A stretch of 62,545 nt of DNA, the filler included. It is 5 parts of 5 records of this genome, joined end to end, with 100 filler letters (N's around TTAATTAATTAA, not from the genome) between each part and the next. Parts side by side here need not be neighbours in the genome. Positions count along the whole stretch, not along the records: positions 13,096 to 35,121 come from SRR31156797_3007; positions 35,222 to 48,333 come from SRR31156797_3019; 3 more parts are not named here. The stretch is one strand, 5' to 3'. Shown one piece after another: positions 28,393 to 36,924 of the stretch. Numbering within the stretch: position 1 is the first letter of the stretch; each line of letters begins with the position of its first letter. The translations under genes were made by a program, and so were the position numbers. The notes beneath the pieces are model-generated. The model was not told the DNA's origin. It searched no databases and saw nothing but the letters and a program-made list of their open reading frames with translations.

Positions 28393-28734
28393 ATGCAAAT
28401 AGAGACAAAGTCATTAGATGAGTTTTATGAACTGACTGATGCGGAAGATTATTTTGATTTTTTTGATCTAGAGTATGATCAAAGTTTAGTAAATGTGAAG
28501 AGATTTCATATGTTAAAAGAGTATGGAACCTTGATCGAAACTGGTTTTGAGAACCTAAAAGATGATGAGGAAAAACTCCTTGACTTTTTGAAGTTTTCAC
28601 TTTTAAAAGTATATGGTGACTATAAAAACGGTCATGCGCCAAGTGCAGCTGAAGTTTGGAGCATGTTCGAGAATGGAAAACTTAGCGGTTGTACAAGCTG
28701 TACTCCAACACCAGGAAATAGTTGTGGCTGCTAA
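28393..28734 (+). CDS. nifW: Nitrogenase-stabilizing protein NifW
   Basis: LTDAEDYFDFFDLEYDQSLVNVKRFHMLK. Confidence 0.88.
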   Translation: MQIETKSLDEFYELTDAEDYFDFFDLEYDQSLVNVKRFHMLKEYGTLIETGFENLKDDEEKLLDFLKFSLLKVYGDYKNGHAPSAAEVWSMFENGKLSGCTSCTPTPGNSCGC

Positions 28735-29119
28735 TAAAGAGTTTTCAGTTGATCCTAATGTTGTATTACACGATAGTGTAACTGCAACTAGATCAGGACG
28801 TGATGAAGAGGAACCTTTATTTAAAGAGGGTCAAAAAGTTGAGCTTCTTGAAGATGTTGTAAATGATGGAACATATCCACACTCAAAGATAGGTGAATTA
28901 ATGATGCCAAAAGGCGCTATTGGATACATTAAATCTATGGGTGAGTTTTTACAGGTCATCCGAGTTTACGAGGTTCATTTTATAGATACAGGTATGGAGC
29001 TAGAGATCATTGGTTGTAGAGAGCATGAGCTTAAAGCAGTTGATGATGGTTGTGATAAAGACACAACTGAATCACCATTATTTAGAGCTATGATTGAAAA
29101 GAGAAAAAATAAGCAATAA
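28724..29119 (+). CDS. nifZ: Nitrogen fixation protein NifZ
   Basis: NDGTYP, GYIKSMGEFLQ, YEVHF, GCREHEL; GTG start at 28724 with AGGA RBS. Confidence 0.9.
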   Translation: MAANKEFSVDPNVVLHDSVTATRSGRDEEEPLFKEGQKVELLEDVVNDGTYPHSKIGELMMPKGAIGYIKSMGEFLQVIRVYEVHFIDTGMELEIIGCREHELKAVDDGCDKDTTESPLFRAMIEKRKNKQ

Positions 29120-29211
29120 ACAAATTGTTCATATTTCCATGCTTGTAGTATAGTGATATATTGCAGGCGTGAATTTATGTTTTATATCTTAAACAAAGGA
29201 GAGAGGACGTT

Positions 29212-29556
29212 ATGGCAAAAGTTATTTTTATGCACTTCAATGAAGAGAAAGATGGTGTTTATGAGGGGAAAATTGGTGAGCCTTTAGTTACATTAGCAAA
29301 AGCTAATGGTGTTACATTACCAATTGATTGTCAAGATGGTCAATGTGGAAGTTGTTTAGTAAATGTTGAAAACTTAGCAAGTGAAGAACCTACAAGTTAT
29401 ATGGAAGATATGGAACTTGAAAAGTTAGTTGAGCTTGGAGCTATTACTCAAAAAGAGGCTAATACATGCCAACAATTTACTGTAGCTCCAAAAGTAAGAC
29501 TAGCATGTCAAACACTTATCAAGGGTGACATTTTAGTTAAACCTTATAAGGGTTAA
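29212..29556 (+). CDS. [2Fe-2S] ferredoxin, FeSII/Shethna protein II-like
   Basis: NGVTLPIDCQDGQCGSCLV ... long insert ... PKVRLACQT. Confidence 0.75.
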   Translation: MAKVIFMHFNEEKDGVYEGKIGEPLVTLAKANGVTLPIDCQDGQCGSCLVNVENLASEEPTSYMEDMELEKLVELGAITQKEANTCQQFTVAPKVRLACQTLIKGDILVKPYKG

Positions 29557-29594
29557 TATACAATTTAAATCTAAACTAACAAAAAGGAAAATAA

Positions 29595-29891
29595 ATGACA
29601 ACTAGAGTAGAAATTATCAATGATTTTTTAGCAATCAATGTTAAAGAAGGTAGCACAATCCAAGATATCGTAGAAGCGAGTGGATCAGCACTTCCATTTG
29701 GATGTAGAGATGGAGAATGTGGTACATGTGTTGTTGAAGTTGAAGCTGGTATGGAATTTTTATCTGATAAAACAGATAAAGAAGTAAAAGTTTTAAAAGA
29801 GATCTGTTCAGGAACATGTACTCCAAAATCTAGACTTTCTTGTCAAATGAAAATTGCTAGACCAAATGGTGTAGTAAGACTTAAATACTAA
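29595..29891 (+). CDS. [2Fe-2S] ferredoxin
   Basis: LPFGCRDGECGTCVV, SRLSCQ. Confidence 0.92.
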   Translation: MTTRVEIINDFLAINVKEGSTIQDIVEASGSALPFGCRDGECGTCVVEVEAGMEFLSDKTDKEVKVLKEICSGTCTPKSRLSCQMKIARPNGVVRLKY

Positions 29892-29949
29892 TTATATAAT
29901 CATTGTATAATTAACATACAAAAGAATTGCTCCATATAAAACTTTTATA

Positions 29950-29965
29950 TGGTACAATTCTTGCA
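29950..29965 (+). promoter_or_regulatory. Overlapping sigma54 site and sigma70 extended -10 at the rpoN start
   Basis: TGG-TACAATTCTT-GC-ATG; the same bases read TGgTACAAT. Confidence 0.7.
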
Positions 29966-31221
29966 TGACTAACAATATACGACTTAATGTAAAACAAAAA
30001 CAAACTTTACAACTTTCGTTAAAGACTTGGCTGCCGCTTTTACAAGCACCATTACAAGAACTTGACACGCTATTTAAAGAATATTCATACGAAAATCCAT
30101 TTTTAGAAGTAAATTCACATTTTGAATCAAACAATTTTTCAGCTCAATCTATTGGTGGAGGGGATGGAGAAACTGATAAAAGAGGTTTTATAGAAAATAT
30201 GAGCATCTATCATGAATCAGTTTATGATAAGATAGATGAGCAGATCTGTGCTCCACTTTTCCCTACTCCAAACTCACAAAAAGTTGCTAATGAGATTTTA
30301 TACTATATTAATGATGAGGGGTATTTTGAGGGGAATATCGTCAAAATAGCTGAACAATGCAATGTAACCAATGAATTTGCAGAGAGTATTCGACAAAGAT
30401 TTAAATATATCGAACCAATTGGTGTAGGGGCATATGATCTTAAAGAGTCATTTCTTTTTCAGATCAGTGAAATAGAGATGGATCAATCTTTAGAAGAGCT
30501 TGTTGTAAAGATCATCAATAATCTTAAAAACATTGATAAATACTGTACACACCATAAGTTTGAAGAAGCAAAAGAGATCATTAAAAAACTAAAATCTCCT
30601 CCTGCAGTTGAATATCTTGCAGATCAACCTTATATTATCCCAGATTTTTTTGTAGAAGTGGATGATGATATTCGAATTAAGATTAATAATAACTATTATC
30701 CTGATATTATCGTAAGTGATCCATTTAAAACAAAAAATGATGATATTAAAGCAAAATTAAAAGAAGCACGTGACCTTGTAAATCTTTTAGAACTTCGAAA
30801 ATCAACTCTATATAAACTGATTCTACTAATCGTAGAAAAACAAATCGGATTTTTTATAGGAAGTGAGCTAAAGCCTCTTACTATGTCTGAGATTGCAAAT
30901 GAACTTGGTTTTGAAGAATCAACGATTAGTAGAGCTGTATCAAATAAATATATTAAATGCTCACGAGGAACTTTCTCTTTAAAATCATTTTTTACCAATG
31001 CAGTTTCAAAAAATCTTTCATCATCTGAGATTAAAAACTATCTTGCTAGTGTAGTGGAGAGAGAAAACCATTTAGAGCCATATACAGATCAAGATTTAGT
31101 AGAGATGGTACAAAAAAGGTATGGAGTCGATATGGTAAGAAGAACCATTACAAAATATCGAAAACTTCTTGATATCCCATCATCTAAAGAGCGTAAGAAG
31201 ATCTATAAACTTCAAGATTAA
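29965..31221 (+). CDS. rpoN: RNA polymerase sigma-54 factor
   Basis: Q-rich region I, ENPFLE, LKPLTM..ESTISRAVSNKY, RpoN box RRTITKYR. Confidence 0.96.
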   Translation: MTNNIRLNVKQKQTLQLSLKTWLPLLQAPLQELDTLFKEYSYENPFLEVNSHFESNNFSAQSIGGGDGETDKRGFIENMSIYHESVYDKIDEQICAPLFPTPNSQKVANEILYYINDEGYFEGNIVKIAEQCNVTNEFAESIRQRFKYIEPIGVGAYDLKESFLFQISEIEMDQSLEELVVKIINNLKNIDKYCTHHKFEEAKEIIKKLKSPPAVEYLADQPYIIPDFFVEVDDDIRIKINNNYYPDIIVSDPFKTKNDDIKAKLKEARDLVNLLELRKSTLYKLILLIVEKQIGFFIGSELKPLTMSEIANELGFEESTISRAVSNKYIKCSRGTFSLKSFFTNAVSKNLSSSEIKNYLASVVERENHLEPYTDQDLVEMVQKRYGVDMVRRTITKYRKLLDIPSSKERKKIYKLQD

Positions 31222-31246
31222 CTCCATATATGGTAAGATTACACTT

Positions 31247-31537
31247 ATGTTTACAAAGAGTGTCTATTTTTTTCTTACCATAACATTTGTTCTTCTTGTA
31301 TTATTACTACAATCGCTCTATATCTATTTAAATAACTCCGTATCACAAGAAGAGATAAAAAAGAAACAATACTTTGTACAAACGACAGGTCTTCCTGATC
31401 TTTCACTCTCAACTGATGCAAGCTATATACGTCATAGATCCCTTAGTCATATATCCACCATTTTAAATGAAGATGGTACTTTAAGAGAGTATTTCCCTTC
31501 AACTTTTAGTTACTCAGTTACTCAAGGAAACAAATGA
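31247..31537 (+). CDS. Small membrane-anchored protein, first gene of ABC operon
   Basis: N-terminal TM, GLPDLSLSTDASYIRHRSLS; ATG 31247 7 nt after TGgTAAGAT. Confidence 0.7.
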   Translation: MFTKSVYFFLTITFVLLVLLLQSLYIYLNNSVSQEEIKKKQYFVQTTGLPDLSLSTDASYIRHRSLSHISTILNEDGTLREYFPSTFSYSVTQGNK

Positions 31538-32706
31538 ATAAAAAAATCAATTTTTATCTTTTAGAATATGCTTTAAAAGCAATTTTACGAAATAGATTAA
31601 AAAATAGTTTTATCCTCTTTATTTTTACACTACTAATCTTTTTTTTAAGTGCTATTTTTTTTATCACGAACTCTATTAAGAGTGAACTTAACCTGAGCGT
31701 AGATTCACTTCCACAGATAATCGTACAACAATTAGATGGTGGACGTGTCTCTAATATAGAGAGTGAAAGACTTGATGAGATTCTTACTATCACCGGGGTA
31801 AAAAATGCCAATGCTAGAATCTGGGGATATTACTACTTTGCCAATGCGGGAGTCAATTTTACTCTTGTAGGACTTGATAGTTATGAAACCCAATATAAAG
31901 GGCTTTATAAAAAACTTCTCAATGATCACTCACTTGATGATGGAATGCTAGTAGGAGATGGGGTAAAAAAGCTTATGTCAAAGTATTATTATAAAAACTA
32001 TTTTAACTTTATAAAAAGTGATGGGGAGTTTAAAAAGCTTGATATTGTAGGAGTATTTGATAGCGATATCTCTTTAGAAGCCAATGATATTATTGTGATG
32101 TCAAAAAGTGATGCTTATGAGATCTTAGGACTTGAAGAAGACAAAGCAACAGATATAGTAGTCACTATTGCTAATCCTGAAGAGATAGATACCATTCGAG
32201 ATAAAATCTTGACACTATTTCCAGATACTAGGGTGATCACACAAAATGATCTTAAAGTAAGCTATCAAAATATCTTTGATTATAAAAGTGGAGTATTTTT
32301 AGCTCTTTTTTGTATAGCGATATTTACTTTTTTTATGATCGTATTTGATAAAGCTACAGGAGTGAGTTCCAATGAAAAAAAAGAGATCGGGATACTCAAG
32401 TCTCTTGGATGGAGTATCGATGATATTTTAAAAGAGAAATTCTATGAATCTTTTATCATCTCATTTTTAGCCTATCTTTTAGGAATTACTTTGGCTTTAT
32501 TTTTTGTCTATATCTTACAAGCTCCATTATTAAAAGAGATATTTATGGGATATTCACAGTTAAAACCTAAATTTGTACTTCCCTTTATCATAGATTTTCA
32601 AACACTCTTTTTAGTTTTCTTTTTAAGTGTTCCAGTTTATATACTCTCTACTATTATCCCCTCTTGGAAAATAGCAACCCTTGATGCATGGGAGGTGATA
32701 CGATGA
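31534..32706 (+). CDS. FtsX/MacB-type ABC permease
   Basis: TM + periplasmic domain (RIWGYY) + EKKEIGILKSLGW + 3 TM. Confidence 0.9.
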   Translation: MNKKINFYLLEYALKAILRNRLKNSFILFIFTLLIFFLSAIFFITNSIKSELNLSVDSLPQIIVQQLDGGRVSNIESERLDEILTITGVKNANARIWGYYYFANAGVNFTLVGLDSYETQYKGLYKKLLNDHSLDDGMLVGDGVKKLMSKYYYKNYFNFIKSDGEFKKLDIVGVFDSDISLEANDIIVMSKSDAYEILGLEEDKATDIVVTIANPEEIDTIRDKILTLFPDTRVITQNDLKVSYQNIFDYKSGVFLALFCIAIFTFFMIVFDKATGVSSNEKKEIGILKSLGWSIDDILKEKFYESFIISFLAYLLGITLALFFVYILQAPLLKEIFMGYSQLKPKFVLPFIIDFQTLFLVFFLSVPVYILSTIIPSWKIATLDAWEVIR

Positions 32707-33359
32707 TTGAACTTAAAAATATCTCAAAAGTCTATAAAGAGACTACTGCACTTGAAAATATTAATATCTCTTTTAACGAAGGGGAACTTATAGTACTCCA
32801 AGGAGCAAGTGGGAGTGGGAAAAGTACCCTACTCTCACTTATTGCTGCACTTCATAAACCAACAAGTGGCGAGGTGATCGTTAATAATGAGCCTATTTCA
32901 AAACTTAGTGATCGTTTTGCCTCAAAATATAGACAAAACAATATTGGTTTTATCTTTCAAAAATATAACCTTATCCCTAATTTAAGTGTAAAAGAGAATA
33001 TTATCGCTCCACTTATTCCACAAAATTTAGATACTAAAGAAGTAGAAGAGAAACTCCAAAGTGTAATGAAACGGTTTTCTATAGAGCATAAAAAGGATGA
33101 AGAGATCCAAAACCTCTCAGGTGGAGAGCAACAGCGTGTTGCTATTGCAAGAGCACATATCAATGATCCAAGAATTATCATTGCAGATGAGCCTACAGCA
33201 AATCTTGATCAGAAGCTTTCTAGTAGTTTCATAGAAATTTTAAAAGAACTAAAATCTCAAAATAAAACGATAATAATAGCAACTCACGATCCAATCTTTT
33301 TTAATCTAGAATTTGTAGACAAAACTATTCAAATGGAACATGGAAAACTTATCAAATGA
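32703..33359 (+). CDS. ABC ATP-binding protein (LolD-like)
   Basis: GASGSGKS, LSGGEQQR, IIADEPT. Confidence 0.95.
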   Translation: MIELKNISKVYKETTALENINISFNEGELIVLQGASGSGKSTLLSLIAALHKPTSGEVIVNNEPISKLSDRFASKYRQNNIGFIFQKYNLIPNLSVKENIIAPLIPQNLDTKEVEEKLQSVMKRFSIEHKKDEEIQNLSGGEQQRVAIARAHINDPRIIIADEPTANLDQKLSSSFIEILKELKSQNKTIIIATHDPIFFNLEFVDKTIQMEHGKLIK

Positions 33360-34300
33360 TTCTCATCCCAGAAGTTCTCTCTATCCTTTTTTTAAACCTT
33401 TTTTTCCTTATCTTTGGAACAATCGCTTTTTTTATTAGTCTTAATATTGTAAAAAGTTGGGATTTTGATGCAAATACTCAAAAACAATATAAACTTGAAA
33501 AACAAAGTTATCTTATTGCAACTATTATTAAATATATTCTTATTATAAAAATACCACTATTTTTATTTTTTGTTTTTACTCTTGATAAACTCTCCTTAAG
33601 TGTTACTGGTGCTATGTGCGCAGCAGGAATCGTTGATGCTACCCCTTATGGAAACTATCTTTTTATTTTAAAGGTCATTAACCTTTATCTTTTTGGGTTT
33701 TGGCTTTTGCTGCACTCATATGATATGAATCTAAAAGTGCCTAGATATACAAAGATAAAGTTTACTTTATTTATCATCGCTTTTATCCTTTTATGTAGTG
33801 AGATAATTTTAGAAACTATGATGTTTTACTCAATCGACCCTAGTAAAATAGTAAGTTGCTGTGGGACTCTATTTTCTTCCAATCAAGGTAGTTATATCTC
33901 AAGCTTTTTTCAGATAAAGACCCCTATTCTCCTTAGCACTTTTTATGGAACATATCTTTTAATAATCCCTCTTTATCTTTTTAAAAGAAAACATCTTTTT
34001 GCCATTTCAAATGTTGCATTTTTGATCATCTCTATTATTAGTCTTATTTTATTTTTTGGAACCTATATCTATGAACTTCCTACCCACCACTGTCCATTTT
34101 GTTTTTTACAAAAAGACTATTATTATGTGGGATACCTTTTGTATAGTTTACTTTTTTTAGGGACTTTCTTTGGAATAGTAAGTGCTTTTAAAACAAACAC
34201 GATCTTTTTAAAAAGATCATTACTTTTTAACACTCTTTATCTTCTTATTGTTACAGCTTATCCACTAAGCTATTATATAAGAAATGGGGTGTGGTTATAA
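33356..34300 (+). CDS. Polytopic membrane protein with Cys/His motifs
   Basis: About 8 TM; GAMCAAG, SCCG, PTHHCPFC. Confidence 0.75.
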   Translation: MILIPEVLSILFLNLFFLIFGTIAFFISLNIVKSWDFDANTQKQYKLEKQSYLIATIIKYILIIKIPLFLFFVFTLDKLSLSVTGAMCAAGIVDATPYGNYLFILKVINLYLFGFWLLLHSYDMNLKVPRYTKIKFTLFIIAFILLCSEIILETMMFYSIDPSKIVSCCGTLFSSNQGSYISSFFQIKTPILLSTFYGTYLLIIPLYLFKRKHLFAISNVAFLIISIISLILFFGTYIYELPTHHCPFCFLQKDYYYVGYLLYSLLFLGTFFGIVSAFKTNTIFLKRSLLFNTLYLLIVTAYPLSYYIRNGVWL

Positions 34301-34341
34301 ATTTTAATTTCAGATAAAAAAACTTTTTATATAATACCCTT

Positions 34342-35121
34342 ATGAAAACAAAAATTGCACAAATCAAACAAGAGATATCAAAAAAGATAATCGGACAAGA
34401 GCATATGATAGATGCTCTTTTAATAGGACTTTTTACCAATGGACATATCCTTTTAGAGGGAGTTCCTGGACTTGCTAAAACAACTACAATTAATACTTTA
34501 GCAAAATCGCTCAACCTAAACTTTAAAAGGGTTCAATTCACTCCTGATCTACTCCCATCAGATATTATAGGAGCTCAGATATATGATATGAAAAGTGGAG
34601 ACTTTAAAATAAAACATGGTCCAATCTTTACTAATCTTCTTTTAGCTGATGAGATTAATCGTGCTCCAGCAAAAGTACAATCAGCACTTTTAGAAGTGAT
34701 GGCTGAACGTCAAGTTACTATAGGGGAAGAATCATATAAAATAGATGATCCTTTTTTAGTGCTAGCTACCCAAAACCCAGTGGAGCAAGAGGGAGCGTAT
34801 AATCTTCCCGAAGCACAACTTGATAGGTTTATGTTTAAAATAGTAGTAGGATACAATACAAAAGAAGAAGAGTACCAAATAGCAAAGATGTCAGCCTCTT
34901 CAGCAATTACAACGATCAATGCTATTTTAAATAAAGAGGATATTGCAACCATTAAACAAGAGGTTGAAAATGTTCATATTGATAAAGAACTTGAAGAGTA
35001 TATCGTAGAGCTTATCTTTGCTTCACGGTATCCTGAACAATATGGACTAGAAGAGCTTAAAGAGTATATTAGCTTTGGAGCAAGTCCAAGAGCTACAATT
35101 GATATGTTTAAAGCAGTAAAA
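34342..35121 (+). CDS. MoxR-family AAA+ ATPase (3' truncated)
   Basis: LEGVPGLAKT, RVQFTPDLLPSD, ADEINRAPAKVQSALL. Confidence 0.95.
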
Positions 35122-35221
35122 NNNNNNNNNNNNNNNNNNNNNNNNNNNNNNNNNNNNNNNNNNNNTTAATTAATTAANNNNNNNNNNNNNNNNNNNNNNN
35201 NNNNNNNNNNNNNNNNNNNNN
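35122..35221. other. Artificial contig linker
   Basis: N-run + TTAATTAATTAA + N-run. Confidence 0.98.
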
Positions 35222-36312
35222 TCGCCCCTCCCCCCCATTCAGAATGTTCCGCGAACCATACCCCCTTCATGGATCAAGGTTTCATCAACCCGGACACAGG
35301 ATCCGGCATGGTGCATGTGGGATCCATTGGTGAAATGCCTGACGGACAGCTTGGGGCTGTCTGGTATGGCGGAACCCGGGAAGGCGCCAGAGATGTGGCG
35401 ATCTTTTTTTCAAAAAAACGTCAGGGTGTCAGCACACCATGGTCAACCCCCAGGATCATTGTGGACCGCGCATCCGCCACCCGGGAACTCAACCGGTATA
35501 TCCGCAAGGTGGGCAATCCGATCCTTTTTTCAGGCCCGGAAAAACATCTCCGGATGATTTATGTGACCATCACCTTAGGCGGATGGTCCGGCAGTTCCCT
35601 GAACGTCAAATCTTCCCGGGACGGCGGCCGCACCTGGACCGACAGCCGAAGGCTCACCCTCAGCCCCTTTTTCAATATCAGTGAACTGGTTAAAGGCCGC
35701 CCCCTGTGCGTCAACATGACGGGAGAAAATGAAAGCAGGCATCATTTTGCCGTTCCCATTTACCACGAATTCCTGGGCTATTTCCCTGAAATCCTGTGGA
35801 TCGCCTTTTCCCGAAAAAATCAGAATATTATTTATGAAAAAAGCCGCATGGCCGGGGGGACGTCCTTCATACAGCCTTCAATTGCACCTGAAAACAGTGA
35901 TTCCGCCACCGCCTTTTACCGATGCCTTTCCAAAGCCCGACACATCGCCATGGCCCGGACTGAGGATGCCGGAAAAAGCTGGTCTTGGCCGCGCTTTCTC
36001 CGTCTGCCGAACCCTGATTCAGCCGTGGACGCGCTGCCTCTGTCGAACGGTCGCATCCTCCTGGCCTTTAATGACAGCCGGAACACCCGGGAAACGCTTC
36101 AACTGGCCGTTTCCCTAGATCGTGGTCTCAACTGGATTCCCATCCACACCCTTGAAAACAGCCCGGATCAGGAATTCTCCTACCCTTATATGATCAGGGG
36201 GCGGAACGGATTGATTCACCTGGTCTATACCTGGAGGCGAAAACGGATCAAGCACGTGGTCTTTAACGAGGCCTGGGTTGATCAAAAACTCAAACGGGCA
36301 CCCAAAAAATGA
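35222..36312 (+). CDS. BNR/Asp-box sialidase-like beta-propeller (probably 5' truncated)
   Basis: Asp-boxes SRDGGRTW, TEDAGKSW, SLDRGLNW; EFSYP; frame open to the contig start. Confidence 0.85.
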
Positions 36313-36911
36313 CAACGGCATTCTCATTTCTTTTTCCATTTCTTCTCATGATGGCCCTGTGCCAAAGGGTCATGATGTCATGGGGAAAACACGCCACGGG
36401 ATGGATCCCCACCGTTATCCTCGCTTCGGCCTCGGCGATCATGGTTATCCTGCCCGTTGGAGGCCTCCCCCTGGGACGCTGGTTGGTCAGCCTTTTCCCC
36501 AACCCCAGTATTCCGCTGACAGCCCTTCTACTCTCCCGGATTCTGAATAATGCATTTCAAATTACCCTTTTAGACACAAAAGCCATTCAAACATGCCGGT
36601 TTTTTTCCCTATCCGCTGGTATTGTACTGTATCCCATGGCTTTGGGTGCCGGCACATTCGATCCTTATGGTGCAGGCTGGCATTTCTCCTGGCTTTTTGT
36701 TCTTCTCCTTACAATCACTTTACTCCTTCTTTTCCTAAAAAATCGATTTTCCGTGCTCCTTCTGGCAACCATTCTAGCCTTTAACCTTCATCTTCTGGAG
36801 TCCAATAATCTCTGGGATTACCTGGTGGACCCGATTCTGGTTATGGTATCGGTCGGTGCCATGTTGGGAAGCGCTTTGAAACGATTTAATAGGCCCGCTT
36901 CAATAAAATAA
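36309..36911 (+). CDS. Hypothetical membrane protein
   Basis: Hydrophobic; LYPMALG..FDPY, ESNNLWDYLVDP; ATGA overlap. Confidence 0.75.
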   Translation: MTTAFSFLFPFLLMMALCQRVMMSWGKHATGWIPTVILASASAIMVILPVGGLPLGRWLVSLFPNPSIPLTALLLSRILNNAFQITLLDTKAIQTCRFFSLSAGIVLYPMALGAGTFDPYGAGWHFSWLFVLLLTITLLLLFLKNRFSVLLLATILAFNLHLLESNNLWDYLVDPILVMVSVGAMLGSALKRFNRPASIK

Positions 36912-36924
36912 CGGACATTCACAG

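Noticed and set aside
28613-28723. Long N-terminal extensions in the ORF track (nifZ, also brnA, lptF, infA, mce, SWIM, Sel1 fusion)
   Set aside because: They overlap upstream genes or promoters; downstream starts with better RBS or coupling were used
34342-36312. moxR and the sialidase-like gene as one operon
   Set aside because: Separated by a linker and a sharp GC shift; different organisms
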